Positions 27,181 to 40,730 of a DNA stretch of 64,000 nt are shown here, piece after piece. The notes below the pieces were generated by a model, which worked only from the letters and a program-made list of their open reading frames with translations, was not told where the DNA came from and did not search any database. This stretch comes from Phoronis australis. Taxonomy: Eukaryota; Animalia; Phoronida. Made by a program: the position numbers and the translations under genes. Within the stretch, counting starts at the first letter, position 1; every line of letters starts with the position of its first letter. Where the stretch lies: the NCBI GenBank assembly GCA_002633005.1, contig NMRA01000038.1, positions 80,112 through 144,111 of the forward strand, written 5' to 3'.

Positions 27181-27508
27181 ATGGCAAACCAAAGAAAGGG
27201 CGGCAACTTATTTCAAATAACAAAAGAAAGGAAAGTTAGTGAGAATCAGGTGAGGCTGGCTGGTCAACACTTCGACAGGGCTAAAGGTGTTAGGGAAGCG
27301 CTACACGCACATGCGAAAAAAAGTCTTGAGAACGCACTTCATAAACTGGAGACTGCCAAGCTTCAAGCAAAAGAAGAAAAGAAAAAGAGACAATCAAAAG
27401 ATAGAGAAAAAGAGAAAGAGCACAAGGAACGAGAAAAAATGATTTCAAAGTCTGTTAAAGATCTTTTGGTACGGGATTATGAGCCTCTGGTCTCCGAGGT
27501 GACTCCAG
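27181..27508 (+). CDS. Cluster paralog 3, exon 1
   Basis: MANQRKGG...VKDLLVRDYEPL; donor CAG|gtttga, phase 1. TATATAAAG at 27140-27148. Confidence 0.75.
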
Positions 27509-27779
27509 GTTTGATGATTGTTTGTCATTTATTTTTTAAAATCTACTGGTTTATAGTTGAAATGCTATTAAGCAAACAATTTCCAACAAACTATGAAATC
27601 CCATTAACACGGCAGTCAGAGAGCTTTCGGATAATGCTTTGGGGTATCGAGATGATTTAGGGGGGGTAGTAAATTTGTAGATTAGTCGTGTAACTAGAAA
27701 CCAAGTCAGTCAATCAAATTTCCCATATTATTTTGCGTGTTATTTCCACTTCATAGACGAATACATTTCGTATTTAAAG

Positions 27780-28471
27780 ATACCCCCCCTCTACAAGACG
27801 TACCCGAGCATCTATTGGAGTACCTGAACTTTGAAGGCGACATTCAACTTGAGGACGAGAGACTTACAACCACGAAGCCCCACCTACCGGATTCGGTACT
27901 TCACGGTGTCTCACCGATACTTGGTAAACACGTTAATATGGTGCATCTAGAAATTTATAACTACATCGAACATCTCGGTATGAAGTACACGTACCAGGAG
28001 CTGGAGGAATTAAAGCGGGCCATGCTAGAAGCACTAGAAATTGGGTCCGATATAAATATCAAGCTACAGAAATATTACGGCAATAAATTTACGAGTCACC
28101 CGATATTGAGGAAAAAGAACGTGGCACTGGAGCTTTTGCTGGAGAAGTTACAATTCGAAAAAAACAACAATTACGAGTTTGATCCGGTGGACGTCCTAAA
28201 CTGCAGATATTTGCGATTAACAAAGAGCACAGTTTCCACCTTAGCTGGCATTTGTCGCACAAAGGGTAGCATGCATAAAATTTCATATGACTTGCAGGAG
28301 TCCATGAACCCAGGATCAGCAACATTGCTCGGGATGGACCCAGGCGGGAGAACAAGTGTACATGTATCTCAAGCCCCTGGACCAAGCAAAGCTGTTGAAA
28401 AGTCGATGGTGAGCAATAAATCCGTCGCTTGTTCGAGCAACTTTGCAAAGAAGAACAAAGGTCGACCGTGA
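27780..28471 (+). CDS. Cluster paralog 3, exon 2 (acceptor uncertain: 27780 or 27798)
   Basis: 244-aa ORF containing HPILRKKNVALELLL and DVLNCRYLRLTKSTVSTLAGIC; two AG sites are phase-1 compatible. Confidence 0.8.
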
Positions 28472-31400
28472 AAGCCCTAGTCAGGGAAAATATCGACGGT
28501 TAGTAATTGGTGTAAATGTATTGTACTGGAATTAAACTAACGAAGGCTGTGTATACTAGAAACTTGAGAGCCAATATACTCGTTCGTCACAAGGTGTTGT
28601 TTCACTGTCACTAGACGCTGTTAGTTTTACCACTGGGAAGTTATGTCAGCCACCATGCAGGTTTACTAAGAACACTAAAATCATTTCTAACTGTAAGTGT
28701 AGAAGGCTAAACGTTGATAGGGGTCCATCGTGTGCATCGCAAGAACCAAAACCAACAGTGGTGACCATTACGTGGCGAAGTGAAGTTTTTCCATTGTTCT
28801 TTTGATCTGTTTTGATGTGTTTACTTGCCGTAACGAAATTTCCCCACGTCGAGAAGACTGGGGGTAGCTGAAACATTTTTCATTTAAAGGAAATTATATT
28901 GAACATGGGGATGTGTCAGTCTTTCCGCCGGCACGGTGAATGTGTAAAAACTTCCACCCTATAATCTGCTAACCATCAGTAAGTGCAACGAAATTGTAGG
29001 ATATTTCAACTTGTCTCATGAGCGGAGCCCTTTGTAACACGCTATGGGGCCAGTGGCGCTGTGGGTGCATGCAGTTCTTCTTTGTAGGTGGTGCCATGTA
29101 GATCTTCTTAGTAGGTGGGGCCAGGTAAGAAAATGCGCCCCCTCCCAATCACAGTGCTATTTGTGGCCTATCTTGAATGTCATGTGCCAATTTTGTTTGG
29201 ACAACATGTACTTTGGAGGCTAATAAACTTAAGTGAAGAAAAGGAAGCAACGTGTTAATTTTATTCTCCACGAAAATATAAAGGACGCATCGGCGCTGAT
29301 TAAATTTACTGGTGCTAATTTTATATCAACATAATTCACTGATTTGTTAAGTAACCGATTCCGTACAAATGCACCTTTACTGCGTATCCAATGTGTTTCA
29401 GCCTCGAGCTTTTACAACCGACGCAACTTGTACTCTAATAGAACCCCTCCTTTATATATGTACGACCCGCGTTCAAGCAAGGGTGAACCGGCTCAGGGTG
29501 TCCGAGTCGGATTTAATCTCGAAATATTCGCCGTCTCTAGACTAGATGCGCAAACAGGGAGAACGTCGCAGGCTCGGAATGCATAACGGATAATCGACTG
29601 TTCAGGAGTACGATAACCATCTTAAAGAGTGCTTGCGGAAAAACACTTGTTGGCCAACAAGCCGGCTTCATTCGAATCAAACTCTAAGCTGTTGCCATCC
29701 AGCCAGCGTCTCGTCCCCAGAAGAAGATCAAGCACACCACCTCTACCACCACCGGCCTACCAGGTCCTGCCCTCGATCCACGTCCACACCAACCACAGCA
29801 AGGACAGAAGACGAGATCCTCCGATCTCGCGAAGCTGTCTGAGGGTTTCACCCTCATCTACCCTACTCTCAAACACTTGTTGGGAGCAGTAACGCTATTT
29901 TCTCAGATCATCTTTTTGGGAATATTGCATGGACCGTCTACATCAACTGGATCTAACGCTTTAAACGAAAATGAGAGACGGTATGGTCCTGACACACGGC
30001 TCAATGTTACCTTTGCCCGACTGTTATAAAAAATAGTTTCGGATGCACAAGGCACTATGTGTGAACGACATTCATGAAAGTGCGCGTTGTTTTAGTTGTC
30101 TTGCAACGTATTAGTTGCGAAACAACAAGAGATTCTCTGTATCTTTCCAACTCGCTAATCCCTTGCAGGACAATTTTAACTCGTCCCGTGTTGCAAGGAA
30201 AACACTTTAAAAACTTTGATACACAGTACGAAAACAACGAAAGTATAAGTATTTCATATACAGTTTAATGCGGAAAATTGTGTGATTTGGCGTCCCAAAA
30301 TTGCGATTTTAGCTCCCCTGTAACGCATTTTCAGGGGCGCCCAGGATTCCTTATGTGTGTGATCTCAGTCATTGTTAAACCGACTCAACACTACTGCTAG
30401 AGCATTGCAGTGCCGATTCTCCGTCTAATTGAACAACTCTCAATTAGTAGGTCTGTCTCAGTACAAAGCCATCTGACGGATATGCCATAAGTCTTGAGCA
30501 AATTTTTTGTAGTTTCATGGTATAAAGGTAGCTATCAGTTAATTTTAATTGTAGCGAAATCCCTAAGCTGTGGTTATACTGTATGTAGTTACAAAACTTG
30601 ACAAGTCTGGTGTATAATGGCAAAAATGGCTATTTACAAAAAAAAAATCTTTTTTAAAGCTTCATACGTCCAAATATAATGTTTAAACAAATTCATAGCT
30701 CTCTCTAACTCTACAAGCAAAGTTCATACTAGAGGTTCTCGTCAAAAATTAATTCAACTGTTTGTTTTTCGTGACAACTGCTGGAACAATGCTTTGAGTT
30801 CAGTAACTCAGTGCCCCTCCCTGTGCCGATCGAATCTCTCCATTGTGGAGAGAAGTTCATACAGTTGTACACTAGCCTACTGGTACATGAATAACAAAAA
30901 TGTACCTCTGCAACGAAACAGAACGATGCTCATTATAGATCGAAATAAATGAAAAATGATAAAGTTGTCCTTAAAAACAACAATTTCCGAGTACTACCTC
31001 TAGACAAGCGCTGGCATCCAACAGATGCAGAGACAAAGGCGCCCAGAAGAGTGAAACTCCGGCGCCAAAAATCAGATTGGCCTACACCAAACCGAAAAGT
31101 ACGTATCTCGGAAAAAAAAGATTTGTGTTTAACCTTCGAGTAATCCAACACCATAGTAAAGTTAAACTGCTCGTTCGGCCGTCCAAAGTTTGATTAGCCA
31201 TCGTTTACACAGTCGACCATGATCACTTTTCGGCTAAGAGGATGCCCAAAAAGTGACGGGATATTCTTCTCGAGTTGTACAGCGGCCAGAATTGCACATG
31301 CCATATCAACACCGTGTCACCATTCTTATCGCATACCTTTTTGAGCTTTATACTAAAATAAGCTTTACCGCGAACAACTTCTGTTTGTCGGGTAAAATGA

Positions 31401-33049
31401 TGGCGGCTTGGAAAAGCAGACGAAGGTGAGTCAAGAATGCTACATTCTGATTGGTCAGTGAAGCCGTCAGTCATAATCCTAGCGATAGGTTAATTATTTG
31501 ATTATTCATCTGTGAAGTTGCTTATAAGAGGTTCTGAAATTAAGGGGTGTCAAGTTGTATACTCGGTATCTCTCGTGAAATATGTGGTTCTTCGTCTTGC
31601 CTCGGTGGAACTGGTGAGTTCCCACAATTTAGAATCGAGTCGGAAACATAGATAGTCAATAAAGGGTCAAACAAATTACAAGAAAACCAAAAAACAATGT
31701 TTTTTAGACATTCGAAACAAGTACGTTCATCAATTAGTCAGTCCCTTTAAACAAGAAATTAAGATTTCGATATTTAGATTTCCTTTGGTTATGTAACACG
31801 TTGAGGAACACAGAGCATAGAAATCTTCACCAACTGGGCAGCTTTCAACGGTCTTTCATTTGGCTACCCGAATGCATGCACGCATACAGAAAGGTATGTT
31901 GCATGACAAGCGCCACCTACTGAGGTCCTAATTATACTTGTGCATCTGGAGGCCGCTTTGGAATGTTTGAAAAAAATCAATTTTCCTGATGTTCCTCTCC
32001 GTTCTAAATCACTCTCGATTGCGCACACTCCTCGACTGTACATGTATGCCCATAGCTGCGTATAACCGCACCGAAAATCGTGCTAAATCAGGGTCACAAG
32101 TCTGAGCTATGGTTGCGCATTGTTTTTATTCCTAAATTAAAATAACTCCAAAAATGACCTTCGATTTCACTGTCAAAACAAAAAGTTGACCTGCTTCATC
32201 TCAAACAGCTTGATTATGTAATTATTTATGTCAAAGGCATGCCTTCAACAGGTGAACAAAATGTCTGATCAAATTAAGTAAGCAAGCACTGCATTTGTGC
32301 GCCAACCTTGAGTCTCTTTGTGACGTGTGTCGCTTTTGTGGTTCCCTTCTCCCCCGATACGCCAAGTACTTATAATTCCATGCTAGAAAAATAACCAGAA
32401 GTCAGGCATTCAAAACATCGCTTGACCCAAATAGATGATGTTGTAAATGGAAAATTATTTCATAACCAAAATCAAACAGAACAAATTAGCCCTATTAATG
32501 TCTTTGTTATTCGGAAATAAGAAAACGCCTGAACTTTTTTAACTCTTACGACGTCTGCAGTTCAGAGTCCCTTTGTTGCGGCACAGTGGTTTTGCGCTGT
32601 TCTGATCCCTTCGTTTTCTACCGCCATCTGCCGGGAACAAGATACGCATTAGGGCGCGGCGTCTATTAAAAGCGCAAACAACGCCGAGTGTATTTCTTTC
32701 GGATGAGGTGCTGACAATCTAAAGAAGCACTGGTGACAACAGATAAAATGGAAATAGACAGGCCCGAAAGAAGTGACGTAAGACTCCAAAACTGGAATGA
32801 CGACAATGTCAACCCGCCAATAAATATACGAGGACATAAATGGAAACACTATTAACAAATCACTGACACTTTATAAGGTATGCATTGCGCGATGCCGACA
32901 CGTCATAGGTGCGTTATTTCTACATATTCAATGTGCACCTGCAGTTATGAGAGACTTCTAGACGACTAATTATTTCTCTACTTCGTTACACTTTGTGGCA
33001 GTAGCTTTGGTCGACAATTTCAAATCTCCTGGGGTTCTTCACGTAGTGA

Positions 33050-33858
33050 TTAGTTTGTCTGAGTAGACTTGTATGAGGGAGACGATGGCAAATGGTCATA
33101 TCCGTCTTTGTTATTGTGAGATTTGTTGCTAAATCCTGGATTTTTTATTTGGTGAGGAGGCGTATTGAACTCTGAGTGGCGCCTAGGTCGTGTAGCAGCA
33201 GTCGTAGGATCCATCAGTCCGCTGACTCCAGAATTTTCTGTTCTATCATTGGTCGTGCAAGCTGCAATGGTAAAACGGCGACCCTGACAAGGCTGATCTT
33301 TCCCGAAGACCAGATCAATGGTTTCGTCTGTACTTAAATTTGATATATGAGTGTGCAGTTCAATTGACTTGCCACTCCTAACGCAGAGCTCGGTCAAATC
33401 CTCAACGGTTTTGTTACTTAAACGTAAGTACTGGGTGCGCAACGCTTCACCGGGATCAAAACCCTGGCCTTTACGGTCTGACGTCATTTTTTTCAACAGG
33501 ATAGAAAGGGCAACTTTTTTCTTCTGCATTGTTGGGTGTTGAGCTATACTGCTTCCAAACAGTTTGACCAGTTCTACATTCAGCTCCGAACCCTCGTCTT
33601 CCATTTTTTCGATTAAGCGTGCAATCTCCTTCAGTTCCAGTTCGGTGAATTTGGTACCCAATTGCTCAATGAATTTGTAGATTTCTTTATGGACCTGTAA
33701 AATATGTTGCGCCAGCGATGGTTGTCTGCAATGCTTAATTATTTGGGGAAGGTGTTGATGATCGAAACTCTCTGTTTTAACGGGCCCACATAGATCTCTG
33801 TTATCAAATTCTTCCAACTCTAGATACATCTTCAGAATGGGTGGAATCACATCTTCCT
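33050..33858 (-). CDS. Cluster paralog 4, exon 2 (whole protein ~389 aa)
   Basis: Acceptor tttcag|AG; contains HPTMQKKKVAL and EALRTQYLRLSNKTVEDLTELCVRSGKSIELHTH. Confidence 0.85.
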
Positions 33859-33979
33859 CTGAAATACAAACAAGTCACAACTAGTAACAAGTAAAAATAA
33901 ACACCACTAGCTACCAATTGGTATGATAGTTGTTTCGTCAGCTTTGACTGAATTGTGCATGTTTTCTTTAGATACTTAC

Positions 33980-34340
33980 TTAACTTTTTTTCGGCAATCA
34001 TGTCTTCAACTGCTGGTAGAGGTGTGTAATCTTGTGCTAACAACAACGCTACGGATTTGCCTGCTTCTGCTGCGCGGTGTTTTATAATGCCACTAGCTTG
34101 TCTCGCTTCGCTCTCTTCCATTGAATGTCTTCTCTTTTCTTCAAGCTTTTCAGATTTTTTCCGCACTTCCTGTTGTAAGCGGTCCATTTGCTGGAATGAC
34201 GATCTTCGTTCTTGATCGCATCTTTGGCGTACCTTAGCCACTTCTAGCTTGTTTCTCTTTGCCTGCCTGTCTGCATCTGTCAACTCTCTTTCTTGTTTCT
34301 TTTTTGCTCCCTCGGCAATCATTTTTGTTTTCAGCGACAT
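33980..34340 (-). CDS. Cluster paralog 4, exon 1
   Basis: MSLKTKM...VALLLAQDYTPLP; donor A|gtaagt, phase 1; 121-nt intron. Confidence 0.85.
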
Positions 34341-34585
34341 CTCCGATTACTTGCAGCCGGAATGTCTTTGGATAATTTGAACTATTTTTATTCGAAGAGC
34401 ATTTTTAATTTTTATCAGGAATTTTGCAAACCGGTTGTTACCCCCAATGAAGCCACCATGTCACGTCATAACTTTATTGCGTCAGATTTCTAAACACTCT
34501 GTGAAGTCTTTTACGACACGCACTCTGAGAATTAGTGTAAGAGCTCGCAAGAAAGATATTCTGTATAGGTGTAGAAAATTTCGTG

Positions 34586-34653
34586 ATGACCGAGACTTGA
34601 ACCCGGTTTGCACGAGCGACAGTCAAGCACCTAAACCATTCGGTCAAGAGGCA
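34586..34653 (-). mobile_element. tRNA-like SINE head
   Basis: Reverse complement has an A-box-like TGACCGAATGG and a B-box-like GGTTCAAGTC at tRNA spacing. Confidence 0.4.
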
Positions 34654-37600
34654 ATTGCCATTTGGCAAGCGGCTTAGAGAGGCTTTATCTGACTGTAAGT
34701 GTCGTGACAACCGGAAGTCACGATTCACAACATAGGGGCGTATCGTTGCCGTTTTGCTGTGAAATGTTGATTTAATAACTGAGGCACCTAAGGCTTTAAA
34801 ATACCACTGGTGGCCCACTCTTGTATTGTTGCGGAATGAGACGGCAACTAAACTCTGCGTACACGCGCGATTTCCGACTTAGCGAATATGGTTAAGCAGG
34901 GCCCAAGAAAAGTGCCCAAACTTGTCTAACTTCGAAACACCATACTCAAAAGAAGCTGATCGGGTTCATGTGACACATTTACAACCTATATTTCATACAG
35001 TGTTCTTTAAATCTCTGTTTCACATGACGGAATTATTCCAAAACCGTTCCACTTTTACATGGCCAGAGACTAGCAAAACATGAAACTTTTAATACTGAAA
35101 ATTCATAAAATGAAAATGTAATGATATTTAAAAAACATCCCGTTTTTTAAGATTTCATCTTAACTTTAAATGAACTGAGATTTGGTCGCCCTTGTTCAAA
35201 TACTTTTTCATATCACGAATCTCATAACACACTGGTACAAACACGTACGTTGTATAACCTACATGTATGTAAACTGAACTTTTGTTGCCGTCAAGCACCT
35301 GTCTTTCAGCTAAATGTTACTAAAAAGGTGATTACATGACTAAAGTAATGGCATATTGGTAACAAATCAAATATCGAATTCTACAGAATACATGCAATTT
35401 TCCTGATTTAAAGTTTTTTTAATTTGTAAGTTTTTCGGTTAAATTCGTAAGTCGTTGGAGCATAGGTCCTACATAAATTTTATCAGGTTTGGTGAACCCA
35501 TACATACAGTGTATGTAGGCGTATCTCGACTTGTATGTTCGGGGGGAGGGTGGGCGGGTATACGACATAGCTTTGCTCGAGTATAGGCATAAGGAAGTTT
35601 CAATCACCTCTGGTAGTCACCAGTTCGACCCCGACCGCTTCCAATTTCCCTCTTGCAGGTCCGTAGCCAGGGGGGTTCGGAAGGGGGGGTCGATCGAACA
35701 TCCTCCCCATGGAAAAGGTCCAGCCCCAGCATATCGGTTACGCATACGATATATATGAGGTAGATGAGCAACAATATCAACAAAATTGTTATAGTTATTA
35801 ATGGTACTGCTACTTAGAATAATTATCAAGTTGATTATAATTTCAAAATTGGTTCGAAATCCAGGATCTTCCCACGTAATCACCTGGGACATAGCCAGCC
35901 AACTTCGCCAAGTGGCCATGTACCTCATGATCACATCATGTTCGTGCAGACGACGATTAGCGGACGTTTTATGTTACTCACAGTCATAAGCGACCGACCG
36001 ACTACCACGTTGAACGTGCGTAGTGACTGTACCATAGGGTAACACGGGCCTTAGACCTACATGTATATGTTTATGTCTATATAGCAGAGAGAGGTCCCAA
36101 AAAGTAGTGTGTAAATGGCTTACAACCGATCGACAAACAAAACAGCAGAAGATAGGTTTGCCTTGTTATTTGATTTTCGGTATAGTTACCAGCACATAGT
36201 GATGTTGCAGGATTTTTTAATTTTCGAATTGAAAGTAATCCTCGAAAATGTTGTTCATCCAGTGCACGCTTTGGTACGTGTCAAGTGTGCATTTTCATTC
36301 TTTTAAATATAGTACACGTAACTTCAATAGGAATTCCCCTGCCGTTGCTCCAAAAGCAGACATTTCACTAGGCCTACGTAGTCAGGTTCATTATGTCCAA
36401 ATTTTGACGTTCATTGCAATTTTTTGGGGAAAGTGGAAACTATAAATTTTTGGAAACCTCATGGAATAACGAATCAGAAAATAACTGATTACAGTTTTGA
36501 CGGTCATCTTGGCGGCCATCTTGGATTCTCAAAAATGAAGCCGGTAAAATAGATTTTGCCCAATATCTCCGAACTTGGGTCACTCAGAATGTTATGTTAG
36601 TTTTTTGAATTAGCAGTGGATGCAGGTTGAAGCGCTGCGGATAAACTTTTCAGTCGCGTTGTTAAATGATGTCATCTTGACATGGACTTGGTGACTGTAT
36701 CGTGGATTGTTTGATAATTCGTTTATATTTCTACTTCACTTTCTTTTCAAAATGCAGGTACGCATTCATTTTTCCATATTCATAAGAAAAGCTTTGGAGC
36801 CCACTTTGGCATAAGCAAAAAACCCAAACAATTAAAGAAGAATGCCACCAAAATCAACATATGTTGTATCAATTTAGATCGAGTAGTTCCACTCGATAGC
36901 AGCAAGTTCAGTTTTTTTACCTGACACCAGACGGCAGACAGAGGTGCTGAAATTAACCTGAATGACGTCATTGTTCTAACACAGCCTGTTCAGCAGTTCA
37001 CAATACGCTTACTGGTGTTGGCTTATTGCTTGAATTCATTGCTGTGCACCAATAAATCACCAAAATTCGATGCGAAACCCTCACAAATTCAATGATTTTT
37101 TAAACAAAGAAGTTGTTTATTTCGTGGTTACGGATTTATAGAAAATTTGAACGTACCGTAGCCTACAAAGTTTGGAAGGCCAACCTACCGAGATCGGTCG
37201 CTGAAAGTTTGGATCTGTTCGGTGATAAATTAGAGTTAGTCTTCAGTGAAATACAGACAGGAGAGCATAAACATGTGTTGTAATTTTAGACTTACGAATT
37301 TTCTCAATTCTAAACACACAAAACGCTCTTTGTAACCCAGTGGCTCAGAATCCGATTAGGCCCGTCGCCTTCGGCCGGAGTAGAGACATCACGAACATAA
37401 ACCAGCCGCGTTAGTCGACTACAAAACTTGAAAATTAAACTTCCAGCCACAAAAAGACTAGGCTAGTGAATTAAAGAAATAATGTTCGCGTGAATGTTTT
37501 GGTAAAAACGCCAAACAATTGTAAACCTTACCCGTCGTGGGGAGCGAATCCAGGTTCCCCTTCCACAGAACCGCGCAGGACAAAAGGTGTACAGTAACAA

Positions 37601-38213
37601 TTATTCAAATAATGCTTTTTTCAGCGAACACAGATTTAGCATGTGCTCACATGGCCTCGGGCAGCTGGTCAAGTAGTTTTATTGCCTCTGAAGCCTGTAA
37701 CGCAATTGATATGATTTATTCATTGTTAGTTTCTCAGAACATTTGCATTCATAACACTCTAAAGGAAATTATTTGCTGAGACAGTCTTTCGAGACACTTT
37801 GTTATAGTTTTAATAAACATTGATTAGGGTGAGATTAACTCATTTTGAAAAACAACGATTCCGGCCACAGACACGGGGAAATTTCACGACCTCATAATTG
37901 GTATTAACGGCGTGCTTTTCATTCTTTTACTACCGCGAATCACTTCCGATGCATTTCAGGTTGTCGAGAAAATCGAAAAAACGATATACCCAATTTCCTT
38001 GCAGTTTCATGGTTAGCACAAGCGAGAACCGTACACACTCAGCTGAAGAACCACTTACGTCGCTGCGTCTACTCACCTTCCTCACAGGTTAAGGCGACAC
38101 CTCTCGGTGAGGTGAGATCGATCGTATACTAGGTGATGTATATGCAGACCAATTAGACGGCAAAAAAACGAAATAAATCGGGTGGCATTCTCCTAATTTA
38201 GTAATTTCCGGGC

Positions 38214-38526
38214 GTTGTTCTCAGTATCATTACTAGGCACGCTACTGCGTTTACGTTCGGATTTCCCGAATCGCTATGAGCGACTGAAGTTACCTGACAA
38301 AAATGTCTTCAAGACATTCTCTGACTAAATGTTTCCGTATAATGCTTTGGAGCCCACATGTGCATAGGCAAGAAACCCAGATCATTAAAGTTGTTCTCAG
38401 TATCATTTCTAGGTACGCCACTTTATTTCGTCTAAACCGGCTGTTCCCATTTCCCGAATCGCTACGAGTGACTGAAATTACCTGACAAAAATTTCTTCAA
38501 GTTATTCTCTGACTAAATGTTTCCGT
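38214..38526. repeat. Diverged direct repeat, two ~125-135 bp copies (38214-38338, 38391-38526)
   Basis: Shared gttctcagtatcatt...ttcccgaatcgcta...ttacctgacaaaaat...ttctctgactaaatgtttccgt. Confidence 0.85.
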
Positions 38527-40049
38527 GCCAGTTATCCAGTAATCCAGAGAGAGAACTCTGTGTACCACAATACATCCGAACTTGTGTCCTGTTTTTTTCG
38601 AGTAACCGTCATGGCATTCCCATTTCTTGTATCAGGCCAACCAATTTCATCTTATCTCAGGAAGGTAAAGCCACCAAGAGTCGTCGCCGTGTATACGGAT
38701 TTCCCTTTCACCGGGTTCAGCTGCCTTAGGGCGCTACAAAAAATGGCAGACATTTGCAAAATATGATCAAAAAGGTCCACCGTTTAATAAATTCGAACCA
38801 CTCTCCGCGCAATGCTGGTTACGGGCCTGTCTTGTCGTCTCCAACTTATTTCCCAATTTCACCCCTGGTCGTAACGTCCTCCTATTATCTTTCCTGTTTG
38901 TTCCATTGTGTATTCAGTTTCCCGAAATTGTTCTTGCTTTGTCCGAATTTTTGTTAGTTTTTGCCCAAAATTGCTGGTCGAATATTTTTAATCGTTCTGT
39001 CGAGTTTCTGATGGTCTCGGTGAAAGTGGTAAAAAATCCTATCACAGAAAAGACAATACAACGAGACCAGGACTCGGGACTGCAGCCGATGGCCCGGTGC
39101 CGACTGAGACCAGCATTGGCAAAAGGCGAAAGCATGCGGTCGCCGGCTGTTTTATCGGAATAAATGGTTCAAACCACACACTTGCATATTATTTCGAACT
39201 AGTCACACTGTCCTGTGCCAACGATTGAATAATATAGCGTGTTTTACTGGGTGTATTTAACTCTGGTAAACAAACAGTATAAGCATAACAACGAACATGC
39301 AACATCAAAATAATTGAATAAAATTGCTGTACAGTTACAATATTCTGACGATTAAACTCGCGAAGATATCGAAAATAAATTTAGACAGGGAAATTAAGAA
39401 ACCGGTGGTCTATCGCGACTTCCGTTACGACCGGGCGCGGCTGACGTACATGTACGCTCAACAATGAACGACAGAATACTATTTGGTTGCGAAATAACCT
39501 AAGAAAGAAAACTTGCCATGGTGCTAAATGGTACGATAAAAGTATTAATGAGTTTAAAGTAGAAGGAATGGCCTTAAATGAGTGAAATTTGTGTGACAAA
39601 GAGATTAAAAAATACTGTGTCATGCTCATAACATTGCAATATTTTCCCATTCGTCGACATTCAGATCATCGACTACAGTTCATTACACCCCCCCCCCCCG
39701 TTTTCGTTTCCAATCGCGGAATTTTTATATTTAAACAACAGAGGTATAATTTATATTTTAAATTTTTAAAAGTATTATGTTTAGCCTAATAGTTGAAAAT
39801 CAAAGACAATTTAGCAAGTTATTACATTCCCGGCCAAGAGTCCCGGAAACCGCACTGGGGAATTATTTCCCCGGTTACTGTGTCCGGACAGTAAAATCAA
39901 GCACAGGTGCACGTTATTGCAATTGAAGTGCGGAGCTCACTGTTTTGAGATAAAACTTGTTTCTTTTTGTTGAAACATCGCCGTATGTGGATGTTTCTTT
40001 TTCATGCACTGCGCAATAAAATTTATTATCACGTGACAGCACAGACACA

Positions 40050-40057
40050 TGACGTCA
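40050..40057 (+). promoter_or_regulatory. Perfect CRE (TGACGTCA) 62 bp upstream of the paralog 5 ATG
   Basis: Exact palindrome; almost the same spacing to the ATG as in paralog 2. Confidence 0.5.
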
Positions 40058-40111
40058 TGTCATCGGGCTAAGCCCGATGGTGCTCGGGAAAGATCCATAA
40101 CAAGATAAGTA

Positions 40112-40481
40112 ATGTCAGAAATCAGAAAAAAGTTAGTTGCTGTAAGGGGTGCAGAAAAAAGTGGAAAATATTACGATGCCGGAGGGATAATAGCTAAACA
40201 TAACGATGTGATGATTGAACATGTGCGAGAAGAGTACAACAAAGCCAAACGGTTGAGTCGGTCGAGTATTGACAAAGATAAATGTTTAATGCAACGGAAA
40301 TTGGAGGAGCTTCAAAATGCTAAAAGATGCGCAGAAGAAGATAAAAGAAGACGAAGAAGCTCAGAGGCATCTAAAAAATCTAAACATTCCTCGTCTCCGG
40401 AAACGTTACAAGCCGTTGCCGACTTGCTAGTAGAAGACAACGAACCACTGCCAAACTTCAATGAAGTGATCAGTAACTGGG
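40112..40481 (+). CDS. Cluster paralog 5, exon 1
   Basis: MSEIRKK...VADLLVEDNEPLP; donor GGG|gtaaat, phase 1. Confidence 0.8.
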
Positions 40482-40730
40482 GTAAATATTGAATTTAGCT
40501 GCCATGGTTACATGTATTTTCAAAACCGCCGAATAGTGCCTAAGTAATGAAAAAGGAAATCAGGTGTCATTCTCTTTTTTGCTGCAATTTTGGTCGTAGC
40601 TTTGCAAGGTAAAAGTATTTCTCGTGGTCCCTCAGTTATAAGAAGTCCGAGACTGGGGGTGAACCTGGTTGACACGATCTTTATGGTGTCCATATGCATG
40701 TTCTCAAGGTAAAAGTATTTGCCGTAAAGT

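Noticed and set aside
29345-29619. Possible solo LTR on the minus strand (TG...CA ends, TATATAAAG)
   Set aside because: No TSD, no second copy, no PBS or PPT seen; cannot be supported.
29629-29980. Pro/Ser-rich ORFs that might be a LINE fragment or an exon
   Set aside because: No recognisable domain and no convincing splice context.
20927-33542. Antisense ORFs overlapping cluster exons (e.g. 20927-21133, 23580-23819, 28089-28448, 33351-33542)
   Set aside because: Shadow ORFs of the real coding frames.
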